Below, in pieces: positions 41,055 through 55,223 of a stretch of DNA of 64,000 bases (its first letter is position 1; each line of letters opens with the position of its first letter). Where the stretch lies: the NCBI GenBank assembly GCA_964016885.1, contig OZ024746.1, positions 101,432,001 to 101,496,000 on the forward strand, read 5' to 3'. Source of the DNA: Eledone cirrhosa. Taxonomy: Eukaryota. Under the pieces are notes generated by a model that worked only from the letters and a program-made list of their open reading frames with translations, was not told the DNA's origin and made no database searches. The translations under genes and the position numbers were made by a program.

Positions 41055-41230
41055 ATTGTTTCTACTTTTGGCACAAGGACAGCAATTACCACCAGTACAT
41101 TACTGGTGCTTTATTTTATCGACCCCGTAAGGATGAAAGGCAAAATTAACCTCAATGGGATTTGAACTCAGAACATAAAGGACCATACATCTATGCTGCA
41201 AAGCATGTTGTCTGATGCTCTACCGATTCT
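41055..41230 (-). mobile_element. tRNA-derived SINE copy
   Basis: Reverse complement of the SINE B-box and core. Confidence 0.85.
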
Positions 41231-42519
41231 GATAAGGTTAAATCATGAAAGGATACATTGGACAGTGACCATGCTGGAGCACTGCCTTCAAGGGTTTTTA
41301 GCTGCTGACATCAACCTCAGTTTTAATTTCCTCCTGGGATGTGTTTCATCGAATTTTATCAAATGGCTTTCATGCTGTTCCTGTATTGGTCAACCCGATC
41401 TACACTAAACACTTGCCTAAAGCAGGGCAGAGTGAAATTGAATCCAGAATCACATGCAAGGTGAAACACATGGTTAAGTTTAGGGCTTTTAGTTGTATCA
41501 AGGACATGACATATGCACCCATAACATTTCTTAAAATAGATTGGAAGGGCATCCAGCTATAGAAACCATGAGAAAATTGGAACATGTCTAAGTAAGATGT
41601 TGGCTCCTGGCCCATTTGTGAGGATAGTGACTCCATTTGGAACAACAAATGTTCAATGGTAATCCTATGGCCAGTTACTCTGGAATTTCCTGTTATCATC
41701 ATCATATGTCCACTTTTCCATGCTGGCGTCGGTTTAGATGGGATGATTTGAGACAATGTTTTACAGCCAGATACCTTCCTGATGCCAACCCTTTCAGTCT
41801 CCTACATATATTTATAGACACATCTATTCAGTGTAGAACAGTCTAAAGAACCTGTAGCACACAGGGGAAACTCCAAAGTTACAGGTCACTGAATAGCTTT
41901 AATAAAGTACACACACAGATACACAGAAATAACAAGTACATACTATTCCCTATTTCACTTTAATTTTTATGGTGTAGAGGGTTTAGAGCCCCCAAGAATG
42001 TGAGGAAGAAGACAGGAAGTTATCCCTGGACTAAAGGCACCCAAGGATAGATGGCACTATATTTTAACGTCCTGTACCACATGAAACCGCATTAGCAACA
42101 CAGTTTTGAAAGTGTAAAATGTCACTATGACTGTATCACAGTGATCTGACCACAAGTAAAGATAACATAATTTCATTTAATAAACCTCTTTCTAATTATT
42201 TTCTGCTAAATAATTACAGGATGTTAATCATGGAACAGCTGGTGTTCCATGACGAGATGACACACCTCAACACTAATTCTCAGATTCTCTCTTTCTCTCT
42301 CTCTGTCTCTTATATATATAATGTTTATATATTTGAAAATGTGAGGATCCCAAATACAGAAAATAACTGTGACAATAATCAATTGCTGTAATCAATAGCT
42401 TTAGAAAATTGTTTAAAATACCTTAGAGATAGAAAGAAGTGACCAGCAACTAATATAGAGAATCAGACACTACATCTCTTGAATATTGGGCAAGAACATT
42501 ATTACATTATTACACAAAA

Positions 42520-42693
42520 GGGTGGAGGGTCGGACGCCATGCTTTGCAGCAAAGAGTTACGGCCCTTTATGGTCAGAGTTCAAATCCCGCCGAGGTTAAC
42601 TTTGCCTTTCATCCTTACGGGGTCGATAATATAAAGTACCAGTAATACACTGGGATAATTGCTGGCCATGTGCCTAAAGTAGAAAGAATTATT
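42520..42693 (+). mobile_element. tRNA-derived SINE copy
   Basis: Near-identical to 61733-61927. Confidence 0.85.
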
Positions 42694-43014
42694 ACACAAA
42701 GGGGTGACTGACAATGGATTCTGTCCTAACCCTTTAGCATTTAAACCAGCCATATCCAGCCAGAATTCTCTCACCTCTTTCTCTTTTGAAAAAAAAAGGG
42801 GGGGGGGGAGAGCGCGGGAGTGATGATCATTGATTTTCCTGTTTGTTTCTGTCAGGGAGACCTTCAGTACTATGGTTTCAGTCTTACTCCTTCTATCTCA
42901 ACATCTACACATCTCAACACAACACTCAACCCTTCGTCTTTCTCTTCCAGAAATATCCTCCACTCAGAACACATTAGACATTTTTTTATCTATTACTTAT
43001 TACAAGTTCATATA

Positions 43015-43300
43015 TCATCATCATCGTTTAACGTCCATCTTCCCCGCTAGTTTAGACGGTTTTGATGCGGGAATGGTCGGAAGACCGTGTTTCGCTCGTA
43101 CGGAAATGTCTCTGGCAGGTTTTTTACAGCTGGATGCCCTTCCTAACACCAACCACATTTATAGGGTGAACTGGGAACCTTTTCACCATGTCTCCTACAC
43201 AACCACTTTACAGAGTGGACTGTTGTGTCATCGACACAGTGGACGGAACGAGAATGGGAGGATGGAGTAGAGTGTGTGGGGTGGGGTGTACATTGAGCTG
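43015..43300 (-). mobile_element. RTE 3' UTR-derived fragment
   Basis: (CAT)n-cgtttaacgtcc...ggatgcccttcctaacaccaaccac is the reverse complement of the LINE 3' end. Confidence 0.75.
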
Positions 43301-43489
43301 CCTACTGACTGTAAGTTTGTATGCAAAGGAAGGCGGGTCTTCTGTACAACTGCATGGCGCCAAAGATGTTGATCGAGTGACATTGTCTTAGAGAAGTGTG
43401 AGCATCATATATATATGACAGAGGACCGAGATCTGTGACATTATGCAGTAATACAGAAGACCCGCCTTCCCATGGGGACAGGCTGAAGC

Positions 43490-43715
43490 ATACATCCATT
43501 GGAGAAACTTTATCACCAATGTTGAAGTCCTTGAACAGGCGGATGTCACCAGTGTTAAGGTCATGCTGCTGAAGTCCCAACTACACAAGGCAGGGCACAT
43601 CTCCAGGATGAAGGGTCATCACCTGCCCAGTATCATGCTGTATGGTGAACTCTCCACTGGCCACCGTGACAGGGGGCACCAACGAAGTGATACAGGGACT
43701 GCTTGAGAAAATCCC
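43490..43715 (+). mobile_element. RTE-BovB-like 3' ORF fragment
   Basis: IHWRNFITNVEVLEQA...SQL..AGHISRM..HHLP.IMLYGEL.TG.R.RG. Confidence 0.75.
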
Positions 43716-43727
43716 TTGGTGATGGTA

Positions 43728-44312
43728 ATATGTGTGTGTCTGTGTAATGTGTATGTGTGTCTGTGTAATATATGTATGTGTGTCTGTGTAATGTGTGTGT
43801 GTCTGTGTAATGTGTATGTGTGTTTGTGTAATGTGTGTATGTGTCTGTGTAATGTGTGTGTGTGTGTGTCTGTGTAATGTGTGTATGTGTGCCTGTGTAA
43901 TGTGTGTGTGTGTGTCTGTGTAATATGTGTGTATGTGTAATATGTGTATGTGTGTGTGTATGTGTCTGTGCAATGTGTGTGTATGTGTGTATGTGTGTGT
44001 AACATTTATGTCAATCAATAGTAATGGGAGAACATCACCCCCCCACATACACACCACCACCACCACCACCACCAGTATCCCCCCACCACCCTGACCACCC
44101 CTCATACACACCACCACCACCAGTATCCCCCACCACCCTCACCACCCCACATACACACTACCACCACCATATCCCCCCACCACCCTCATCACCCCTCATA
44201 CACACCACCACCAGTATCCCCCCACTGCCCTCACCATCCCACATACAAACCACCACCACCCTCACCACCCCACATACACACCACCACAACTAGTATCCCC
44301 ATCCCCACCATC
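43728..44312. repeat. TG-rich then CAC-rich low-complexity repeats
   Basis: Direct inspection. Confidence 0.9.
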
Positions 44313-44931
44313 ATTATTACAACAAAGACAGTCAACCAATCCCAACAGGTGGAATAAGTCTATCAGGTTGCAATATAACAGTGAAACTAAATATAACTGT
44401 CTCAGTTAATGAGAGGGGAGAGTGTTGTTGGGGAGAGGGGAGAGGTGAGTGGGGAGAGTGTTGTTGGGGAGAGGGGCTAACATTTGACATGAAGAGTACC
44501 CCCCTCCCTCCCTCCACTGTCTCTCATACTTTCGACAGCTTTCTTCATGAAAAAATGTATTTAAAAACACATTCTTAGCTCTCTCTCTCAATCTTGGCAC
44601 TTTGGGCAAATGTTTTCTACTAAAGTCTTAGGTTGACCTATGGTTTCTCAGTGGAATTTAGTAGACAGAAACTGTAGAAACCCCTTGCATATGTATATAT
44701 ATGTGTGTGTGTATATTTATGCATGTCTGTATATTTATGTGTGTGTGTCTGTGTTTATGCTTTGTGACTTAGCAGTTTGACAAAACCTAGATCAATAAAA
44801 TAAGTAGCAGACTTGAAAAAATAAGTAGTGGGGTTGATATACTTAACTAAGTTAAGACACTGCTCCAGCATGGTTGCAGTTGACTGACTGAAACAAATAA
44901 AAACATAAAAGATGGATAACAATAGACATAC

Positions 44932-45055
44932 CTGCTTAAGGTGCTGAAATATAGGAAGTGTCGTGCCAATTCTGAACTGGATATCATCTGATCTCTCCAT
45001 AATGGGCTACTAGTGAATAGAAAACCAACCAAGGAATGGTCCAGGGCATAAGAAC
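44932..45055 (-). CDS. Internal exon of a Sec14/CRAL-TRIO-domain gene (PLEKHG4/ARHGEF40/KIAA1755-like RhoGEF family)
   Basis: Acceptor tttttctttgtttattacAG and donor GTatgt; 124 nt, phase 1 to phase 2. Encodes GSYALDHSLVGFLFTSSPLWRDQMISSSELARHFLYFSTLS(R), resembling from recall the PLEKHG4-family segment G.RD..G..V......LW......S.ELTRLLLYFHSIPR. Splices in frame to 35164. Confidence 0.8.
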
Positions 45056-45177
45056 CTGTAATAAACAAAGAAAAATAATAGTTACAACTCTACTAATGTT
45101 TTTTCATATTAAAGACAAAATATACAGGATAAATAGACATAAACAGGGGAAAGAACTATTGGAACATATATATATAT

Positions 45178-45382
45178 AACAAAGAAAGTGTGGTAAGAAA
45201 CCTGTTGGACCATAACGCACCAGAGTACTCAATACGTAGGGTAGTAGAGTGGGTAATAGAAAAGGAGTCAGGACCCCAACGGCAGGGCTCCGGCCATTTT
45301 AACAGCTAGATCCGAACTCTGAGTTCGGATCTAGCTGTCGAAATAGCCGGAGCTCTGCCATTGGGGTCCTGACTATTTTCCT
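45178..45382. mobile_element. Hairpin element copy 2, between TA runs
   Basis: Tail aacaaagaaagtgtggtaagaaacc...ccataacgcaccagagtactc, then a fold-back at ~45258-45382. Confidence 0.85.
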
Positions 45383-45467
45383 ATATATATATATCATCAT
45401 CATCATCATCATCATCATTATCATCATTTTACGTCCACTTTTCCCTGCTTGTAAGGGTGGGATGGGG

Positions 45468-45508
<41 letters not shown>

Positions 45509-46208
45509 CTCTCTCTCTTTCTCTTTCTAGTTTTCTCTTCATATTTGCTTCTTCAGAACTGATAGTATGGTGAGCATTCAACTAAATATAACAAATGACA
45601 TTAATCTATTATTATCATTATTATTATTATTAAAATGGTTATATCATTTAAGAATGAGTCTTTACAGTACCTGCTTTGGATAATAATCTTTATATCTATA
45701 GTCTGCTCCTTCCTAGATTCTGTTTAGGTATGTTCTGTATTATCATTACCTGGTTAACTGTAGCCAACTGCTGCTGGTCAGTAGTCCTGTCCAGCCATGT
45801 CCAGTCCTGTCTGAACTTTACATCATTTAATTGTTAGTGTGGTTGTGGCTAGACTATGTTTTTTTATTGTGATTATGTAGTGTTAACATGAGAGCTTTCT
45901 ATTTCAAAAATGGAGCAGAGGGTTGTTGAAAGAACTTGATTTGACTGTTAGTATTGGACATACTGACTGATAAAAATATCACAGACCAATTACTATTAAA
46001 TAAATATATATATATATATGTATAGTATATTTGGTAATATACTGTATGTTTAATTAAAAACATTTTGAAGACCTTGCGCTAGCATTTTAAAGTAGTGACT
46101 ATGTCTCTTACTTCTTTTTTAGGCAAAGGAAGGGACAGATTCTGTTTCACACTGTTGGTGTTCCTCAGAGCAACGTACCGGCCTCTGCCGAAAATGAGGG
46201 ATCGCCCT

Positions 46209-49200
46209 CATAGTACAGTAATGTTCTATTCCAATATAGTACAGTAATGTTCTATTGCAATATAGTACAGTAACGTTCTATTCCAATATAGTACAGTAAC
46301 GTTCTATTCCAATATAGTACAGTAATGTTCTATTCCAATATAGTACAGTAATGTTCTATTCCAATATAGTACAGTAATGTTCTATTCCAATATAGTACAG
46401 TAATGTTCTATTCCAATATAGTACAGTAATGTTCTATTCCAATATAGTACAGTAATGTTCTATTCCAATATAGTACAGTAATGTTCTATTCCAATATAGT
46501 ACAGTAATGTTCTATTCCAATATAGTACAGTAACGTTCTATTCCAATATAGTACAGTAATGTTCTACTCCAATATAGTACAGTAATGTTCTATTCCAATA
46601 TAGTACAGTAACCTTCTATTCCAATATAGTACAGTAACCTTCTATTCCAATATAGTACAGTAATGTTCTATTCCAATATAGTACAGTAACGTTCTATTCC
46701 AATATAGTACAGTAATGTTCTATTGCAATATAGTACAGTAACGTTCTATTCCAATATAGTACAGTAACGTTCTATTCCAATATAGTACAGTAATGTTCTA
46801 TTCCAATATAGTACAGTAATGTTCTATTCCAATATAGTACAGTAACGTTCTATTCCAATATAGTACAGTAACCTTCTATTCCAATATAGTACAGTAACGT
46901 TCTATTCCAATATAGTACAGTAACGTTCTATTCCAATATAGTACAGTAACGTTCTATTCCAATATAGTACAGTAACGTTCTATTCCAATATAGTACAGTA
47001 ACCTTCTATTCCAATATAGTACAGTAACCTTCTATTCCAATATAGTACAGTAATGTTCTATTCCAATATAGTACAGTAATCTTCTATTCCAATATAGTAC
47101 AGTAATCTTCTATTCCAATATAGTACAGTAACGTTCTATTCCAATATAGTACAGTAACGTTCTATTCCAATATAGTACAGTAACGTTTTATTCCAATATA
47201 GTACAGTAACGTTCTATTCCAATATAGTACAGTAACGTTCTATTCCAATATAGTACAGTAACGTTCTACTCCAATATAGTACAGTAACGTTTTATTCCAA
47301 TATAGTACAGTAACGTTCTATTCCAATATAGTACAGTAACGTTCTACTCCAATATAGTACAGTAACGTTTTATTCCAATATAGTACAGTAACGTTCTATT
47401 CCAATATAGTACAGTAACGTTCTACTCCAATACAGTACAGTAATGTTCTATTCCAATATAGTACAGTAATGTTCTATTCCAATATAGTACAGTATCGTTC
47501 TATTCCAATATAGTACAGTAACGTTCTATTCCAATATAGTACAGTAACGTTTTATTCCAATATAGTACAGTAACGTTCTATTCCAATATAGTACAGTAAT
47601 GTTCTGTTCCAATATAGTACAGTAATGTTCTATTCCAATATAGTACAGTAATGTTCTATTCCAATATAGTACAGTATCGTTCTATTCCAATATAGTACAG
47701 TAACGTTCTATTCCAATATAGTACAGTATCGTTCTATTCCAATATAGTACAGTAATGTTCTGTTCCAATATAGTACAGTAATGTTCTATTCCAATATAGT
47801 ACAGTAACGTTCCATTCCAATATAGTACAGTAACGTTCTACTGCAATATAGTACAGTAACGTTCTATTCCAATATAGTACAGTATCGTTCTATTCCAATA
47901 TAGTACAGTAACGTTCTATTCCAATATAGTACAGTAACGTTCTATTCCAATATAGTACAGTAATGTTCTATTCCAATACAGTACAGTAACGTTCTATTCC
48001 AATATAGTACAGTATCGTTCTATTCCAATATAGTACAGTAACGTTCTATTCCAATATAGTACAGTATCGTTCTATTCCCATATAGTACAGTATCGTTCTA
48101 TTGCAATATAGTACAGTAACGTTCTATTCCAATATAGTACAGTAACGTTCTATTCCAATATAGTACAGTAACGTTCTATTCCAATATAGTACAGTAACGT
48201 TCTACTCCAATATAGTACAGTAACGTTCTATTCCAATATAGTACAGTATCGTTCTATTCCAATATAGTACAGTATCGTTCTATTCCAATATAGTACAGTA
48301 TCGTTCTATTCCAATATAGTACAGTAATGTTCTATTCCAATATAGTACAGTAACGTTCTATTCCAATATAGTACAGTATCGTTCTATTCCAATATAGTAC
48401 AGTAACGTTCTATTCCAATATAGTACAGTAACGTTCTATTTCAATATAGTACAGTAATGTTCTGTTCCAATATAGTACAGTAATGTTCTATTCCAATATA
48501 GTACAGTAATGTTCTATTCCAATATAGTACAGTAACGTTCTATTCCAATATAGTACAGTAACGTTCTATTCCAATATAGTACAGTAATGTTCTATTCCAA
48601 TATAGTACAGTAACGTTCTATTCCAATATAGTACAGTAACGTTCTACTCCAATATAGTACAGTAACGTTCTATTCCAATATAGTACAGTATCGTTCTATT
48701 CCAATATAGTACAGTAATGTTCTGTTCCAATATAGTACAGTAACGTTCTATTCCAATATAGTACAGTAATGTTCTATTCCAATATAGTACAGTAACGTTC
48801 TATTCCAATATAGTACAGTAACGTTCTATTCCAATATAGTACAGTAGCGTTCTATTCCAATATAGTACAGTGGCGTTCTATTCCAATATAGTACAGTAAC
48901 GTTCTATTCCAATATAGTACAGTAATGTTCTATTCCAATATAGTACAGTAACGTTCTACTCCAATATAGTACAGTAACGTTCTATTCCAATATAGTACAG
49001 TAACGTTCTATTCCAATATAGTACAGTAACGTTCTATTCCAATATAGTACATCAACGTTCTATTCCAATATAGTACAGTAACGTTCTATTCCAATATAGT
49101 ACAGTAACGTTCTATTCCAATATAGTACAGTAACGTACTATTCCAATATAGTACAGCAATCTTCTATTCCAATATAGTACAGTAACGTTCTACTCCAATA

Positions 49201-52200
49201 TAGTACAGTAACGTTCTATTCCAATATAGTACAGTAATGTTCTATTCCAATATAGTACAGTAACGTTCTATTCCAATATAGTACAGTATCGTTCTACTCC
49301 AATATAGTACAGTATCGTTCTATTCCAATATAGTACAGTAATGTTCTATTCCAATATAGTACAGTATCGTTCTACTCCAATATAGTACAGTAACGTTCTA
49401 TTTCAATATAGTACAGTAATGTTCTGTTCCAATATAGTACAGTAATGTTCTATTCCAATATAGTACAGTAATGTTCTATTCCAATATAGTACAGTAACGT
49501 TCTATTCCAATATAGTACAGTAACGTTCTATTCCAATATAGTACAGTAATGTTCTATTCCAATATAGTACAGTAACGTTCTATTCCAATATAGTACAGTA
49601 ACGTTCTACTCCAATATAGTACAGTAACGTTCTATTCCAATATAGTACAGTATCGTTCTATTCCAATATAGTACAGTAATGTTCTGTTCCAATATAGTAC
49701 AGTAACGTTCTATTCCAATATAGTACAGTAACGTTCTATTCCAATATAGTACAGTAACGTTCTATTCCAATATAGTACAGTAGCGTTCTATTCGAATATA
49801 GTACAGTAGCGTTCTATTCCAATATAGTACAGTAACGTTCTATTCCAATATAGTACAGTAATGTTCTATTCCAATATAGTACAGTAACGTTCTACTCCAA
49901 TATAGTACAGTAACGTTCTATTCCAATATAGTACAGTAACGTTCTATTCCAATATAGTACAGTATCGTTCTATTGCAATATAGTACAGTAACGTTCTATT
50001 CCAATATAGTACAGTAACGTTCTATTCCAATATAGTACAGTAACGTTCTATTCCAATATAGTACAGTAACGTTCTATTCCAATATAGTACAGCAACGTTC
50101 TATTCCAATATAGTACAGTAACGTTCTATTCCAATATAGTACAGTAACGTTCTATTCCAATATAGTACAGTAACGTACTATTCCAATATAGTACAGCAAT
50201 CTTCTACTCCAATATAGTAAGTATCGTTCTATTGCAATATAGTACAGTAACGTTCTATTCCAATATAGTACAGTAACGTTCTATTGCAATATAGTACAGT
50301 AACGTTCTATTCCAATATAGTACAGTAACGTTCTTTCTATTCCAATATAGTACAGTAATGTTCTACTCCAATATAGTACAGTATCGTTCTATTGCAATAT
50401 AGTACAGTAACGTTCTATTCCAATATAGTACAGTAATGTTCTATTCCAATATAGTACAGTAATGTTCTACTCCAATATAGTACAGTAACGTTCTATTCCA
50501 ATATAGTACAGTATCGTTCTATTCCAATATAGTACAGTAACGTTCTATTCCAATATAGTACAGTATCGTTCTATTCCAATATAGTACAGTAATGTTCTAC
50601 TCCAATATAGTACAGTATCGTTCTATTCCAATATAGTACAGTAATGTTCTGTTCCAATATAGTACAGTAACGTTCTATTCCAATATAGTACAGTAATGTT
50701 CTATTCCAATATAGTACAGTAACGTTCTATTCCAATATAGTACAGTAACGTTCTATTCCAATATAGTACAGTAATGTTCTATTCCAATATAGTACAGTGT
50801 TCTATTCCAATATAGTACAGTAATGTTCTATTCCAATATAGTACAGTAACGTTCTATTCCAATATAGTACAGTAACGTTCTATTCCAATATAGTACAGTA
50901 ATGTTCTACTCCAATATAGTACAGTGTTCTATTGCAATATAGTACAGTAATCTTCTATTCCAATATAGTACAGTAATGTTCTATTCCAATATAGTACAGT
51001 AATCTTCTATTCCAATATAGTACAGTAACGTTCTATTCCAATATAGTACAGTAATGTTCTACTCCAATATAGTACAGTGTTCTATTCCAATATAGTACAG
51101 TATCGTTCTATTCCAATATAGTACAGTAATGTTCTATTCCAATATAGTACAGTGTTCTATTGCAATATAGTACAGTAATCTTCTATTCCAATATAGTACA
51201 GTAATGTTCTATTCCAATATAGTACAGTAATCTTCTATTCCAATATAGTACAGTAACGTTCTATTCCAATATAGTACAGTAATCTTCTATTCCAATATAG
51301 TACAGTATCGTTCTATTCCAATATAGTACAGTAATGTTCTATTCCAATATAGTACAGTGTTCTATTGCAATATAGTACAGTAACGTTCTATTCCAATATA
51401 GTACAGTAATCTTCTATTCCAATATAGTACAGTAATCTTCTATTCCAATATAGTACAGTAATGTTCTACTCCAATATAGCACAGTATCGTTCTATTCCAA
51501 TATAGCACAGTATCGTTCTATTCCAATATAGTACAGTATCGTTCTTTTCCAATATAGTACAGTAATGTTCTATTCCAATATAGTACAGTAATCTTCTATT
51601 CCAATATAGTACAGTAACGTTCTATTCCAATATAGTACAGTAATGTTCTATTCCAATATAGTACAGTAATCTTCTATTCCAATATAGTACAGTAATGTTC
51701 TACTCCAATATAGCACAGTATCGTTCTATTCCAATATAGTACAGTATCGTTCTACTCCAATATAGTACAGTAACGTTCTATTTCAATATAGTACAGTAAT
51801 GTTCTATTCCAATATAGTACAGTAATCTTCTATTCCAATATAGTACAGTAATGTTCTACTCCAATATAGCACAGTATCGTTCTATTCCAATATAGTACAG
51901 TATCGTTCTACTCCAATATAGTACAGTAACGTTCTATTTCAATATAGTACAGTAATGTTCTATTCCAATATAGTACAGTAATCTTCTATTCCAATATAGT
52001 ACAGTAATGTTCTACTCCAATATAGCACAGTATCGTTCTATTCCAATATAGTACAGTATCGTTCTACTCCAATATAGTACAGTAACGTTCTATTTCAATA
52101 TAGTACAGTAATGTTCTATTCCAATATAGTACAGTAATCTTCTATTCCAATATAGTACAGTAATGTTCTACTCCAATATAGCACAGTATCGTTCTATTCC

Positions 52201-52333
52201 AATATAGTACAGTATCGTTCTACTCCAATATAGTACAGTAACGTTCTATTTCAATATAGTACAGTAATGTTCTATTCCAATATAGTACAGTAATCTTCTA
52301 TTCCAATATAGTACAGTAATGTTCTATTCCAAT
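46209..52333. repeat. Minisatellite array, 26-bp unit, ~235 copies
   Basis: tatagtacagtaaYgttctattccaa repeated with point variants. Confidence 0.98.
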
Positions 52334-52714
52334 GAATATTTCCTATGTAGAGTGTCGCAATGAAGACATCAATAAAGCTGATCATCTGGCTCTTATTGAA
52401 TGGTAATATAATAGATGAGAGATATTGGAGATAAGTGATAGTTGATTATTGATGCTAGACTGTCATAGAAATATAACGGTTTTGTCAATGAATCTTTCAC
52501 TGAAAGTCAACTTACTGCAGTTTAATATTTCACAGGTTTCAGGAATATTAAGGTTCTCTCTCCTATTTTATGACACAGAGAAGTTTGCTGTCACATTTAT
52601 TGCCATGTGTCTTAATTAGTTCATGTGTTAGGCTAAACACATGTAGAATAGTATATATGGACTGCTTAGAGTTAGCAACTAATACAATATTGGGTTGGAA
52701 AACAGATCATCTTC

Positions 52715-52791
<77 letters not shown>

Positions 52792-53709
52792 CGATATGTA
52801 CAAAAAGACTTGACCCCTGCACTGGATTGTTACTTTTTTAATTAACTTCAAAAGGACAAAAGACAATTTAAAGCCAGAACATTCTATCTGACATTCACAT
52901 TGTTTTACTGATTTAATTTCAGTTATTGGACAGTGGCCAAGCTGGAACATTACCTTAAATATATATACATATATATATGTGTCTGTATAGAGGTCACAGA
53001 CACCTGCACACACACACTCACATACTTATATATATATATGGGCCTTCCAATTTCATTTTGCATTATATATTTTAATTATTTAAAAATCATTTTGAAGTGA
53101 ACATGACCCAATGGGTCACAGGTAGTCTAGTAGTATATAAAAATGAAAACCTACTATGTAATGAGGACCTAACAATTTGAACAGCTCCCAAATAAAACAT
53201 TTGGTAAGTTGCCTAAAAAACCATCACTAGAATCTAACAGTCCTAAATGTCATTATTCCAGTTATTTAATGTAGTAGTGCTCCACTACTACATGTAAACT
53301 ACTAAAATTGACAAGCAATGTTAAAGAAATTGGAGCAGGTGTTTTTCTTCTGACAATACAGACTGTCTCATTTGTGTAATGGCCAGTATTACTCTATGAT
53401 GCTCTCTCATAACTATTGAGACTAGATATCGGGTATGAAGCTTAATTAAAATTATTTACCCTATTGTGATTTCTGACAAGTAGACTGCAGAAGTGTTTCA
53501 AGTAATTTCCAATATAATGAAACTTTATATAGAGAAAGGATGTTTCAAGTTGGAAAATTAGAAAGATCACTAATTGAGGAAGAAGTACATTTTTAAGTAC
53601 ACAATCGTTGTAATTATGATGGATGAGCCTTATAGAATGGTTTTCCATAACAATAATTTTATATATATTGGTATATATCATGCTTGGATCTTATGTTATC
53701 AAAATATCT

Positions 53710-53745
<36 letters not shown>

Positions 53746-53914
53746 TCATTTCATTTTACGTCCGCTTTTCCCTGCTTGCAAGGGTGGGACAGGAACTGAT
53801 TCTGGCTTGATTTCTACAGCTGGATGCCCTTCCTAACACCAACCTCATTTACAGTGAGTGCTGGGTGCTTTTTTGCCGTGGCACCTACACGACCACTTTG
53901 CAGTGGAATGCATC

Positions 53915-54057
53915 TCATTTCTACAGCTGAGTAAACTGGAGCAATGTGAAATAAAGTGTCTTGCTCAAGGAAACAACACACCACCCGGTCTGAGAATTGA
54001 ACTCACAACCTTTCGATTGCAAGGCCAATGCTCTAACCACTAAGCCATGTGCCTCCA
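53915..54057 (-). mobile_element. tRNA-headed SINE of a second family (CORE/V-like body)
   Basis: Minus strand: A-box tggcttagtgg, B-box gagttcaattc, then ccttgagcaagacactttatttcacattgctcc. Confidence 0.75.
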
Positions 54058-54068
54058 TATATATATAT

Positions 54069-54261
54069 AACAAAGAAAGTGTGGTAAGAAACCAGGTAGA
54101 CCATAACGCACCAGAGTACTCGATACTTAGAGTAGTGGGTAATAGGAAAATAGTCAAGACCCCGATGGCTGAGCTCCAGCTGTTTCGACAGCTAGATCCG
54201 AACAGTTCAGATCTAGCTGTCAAAACAGCTGGAACTCAGCCTTCCGGGTCTTGACTCTTTT

Positions 54262-54263
<2 letters not shown>
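54069..54263. mobile_element. Hairpin element copy 3, between TA runs
   Basis: Same tail, fold-back at ~54143-54263, followed by a long (TA)n. Confidence 0.85.
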
Positions 54264-54332
<69 letters not shown>

Positions 54333-54334
<2 letters not shown>

Positions 54335-54818
54335 TAGCCGAATCACCTTGCTGTGTTTCACACATTTTTTTGTAAGAAAATGATGATTGATTTTAAATCA
54401 GTGATATTTATGGAGAAAAACTCTGATATTACTTAATGTAAAATGTAATGCATGAAAAATTGGAAAACATTATATTTTGTAATATATCAAATCAAAATTA
54501 CATTATTAAATCTTATTCTTATTTTGTTTCTTGTAAATAACTTTTTTCAAAATATCAATTGAAAACTTTTGTAAATAGGCATCATATCTTGTCATTTACC
54601 TATGGTTTAAATTTCATATAAATCGAAGGGAAAAATTTTCAGTGGGGGTTTGTGCCCCCAGGGAACCCTTTGATTAAAATGAAATATACTTATCCAAGTA
54701 CCCTGGGCAATGTAGTTTCAGAATATATAAGGTTATGGGGGTATATCTCCTAAACCATAGGAGGAGTTTGTGAACAAACAAACAAACAAACAGACAGGAA
54801 CTTCAACTTTATATATAT
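54333..54818 (-). mobile_element. Non-autonomous Helitron-like element
   Basis: Minus strand begins atatatataaaagttgaag...gtctgtttgtttgttt and ends in CTAG before T. Confidence 0.5.
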
Positions 54819-54837
54819 GTGTGTGTGTGTGTGTGTG

Positions 54838-55030
54838 AGAAGCATGCATGCTCTGATGGATGTGTAATAGTAATATACTTAAACGACAAAACGTAAACAA
54901 ACTGAGTGAGAAACTAGGCATAAGAGGAATGAAATGCTGTGTGCAAGAGAGGAGATTATATTGGTATGGACATGTGATGTATATGAAGGATGACAGCTGC
55001 ATAAAACGGTGCAGAGTGCTCAAAGTCAAC
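54838..55030 (+). mobile_element. Fragment of the same RTE family as 5851-9363
   Basis: WMCNSNI..RQ...LSEKLGIRGMKCCVQERRLYWYGHVM.MKDDSCIKRCR aligns to 8225-8415. Confidence 0.9.
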
Positions 55031-55223
55031 TAATCGTTCGTATACAGGAAACTGACTGGCCTATCTGCTGATATGCAAATCTGGCTGATCAGTGGGTCTG
55101 CTAATATGCAGATCTGACTGATCAGGCAGTCTGCTGATATGCAAATCAGGCCGATTAGTCACTGTCTATTCCAGAAAATATACATTTTCACTAGCTCTGA
55201 CAGTTGGCAGGTAAACAATATAC

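Noticed and set aside
46111-46213. Exon-like segment before the 26-bp array (either strand)
   Set aside because: The minus-strand version ends in phase 0, incompatible with the 45055 exon. The plus-strand version is short with no recognisable homology.
53985-54057. tRNA gene
   Set aside because: The A and B boxes continue into a SINE body; there is no complete acceptor stem or Pol III terminator.
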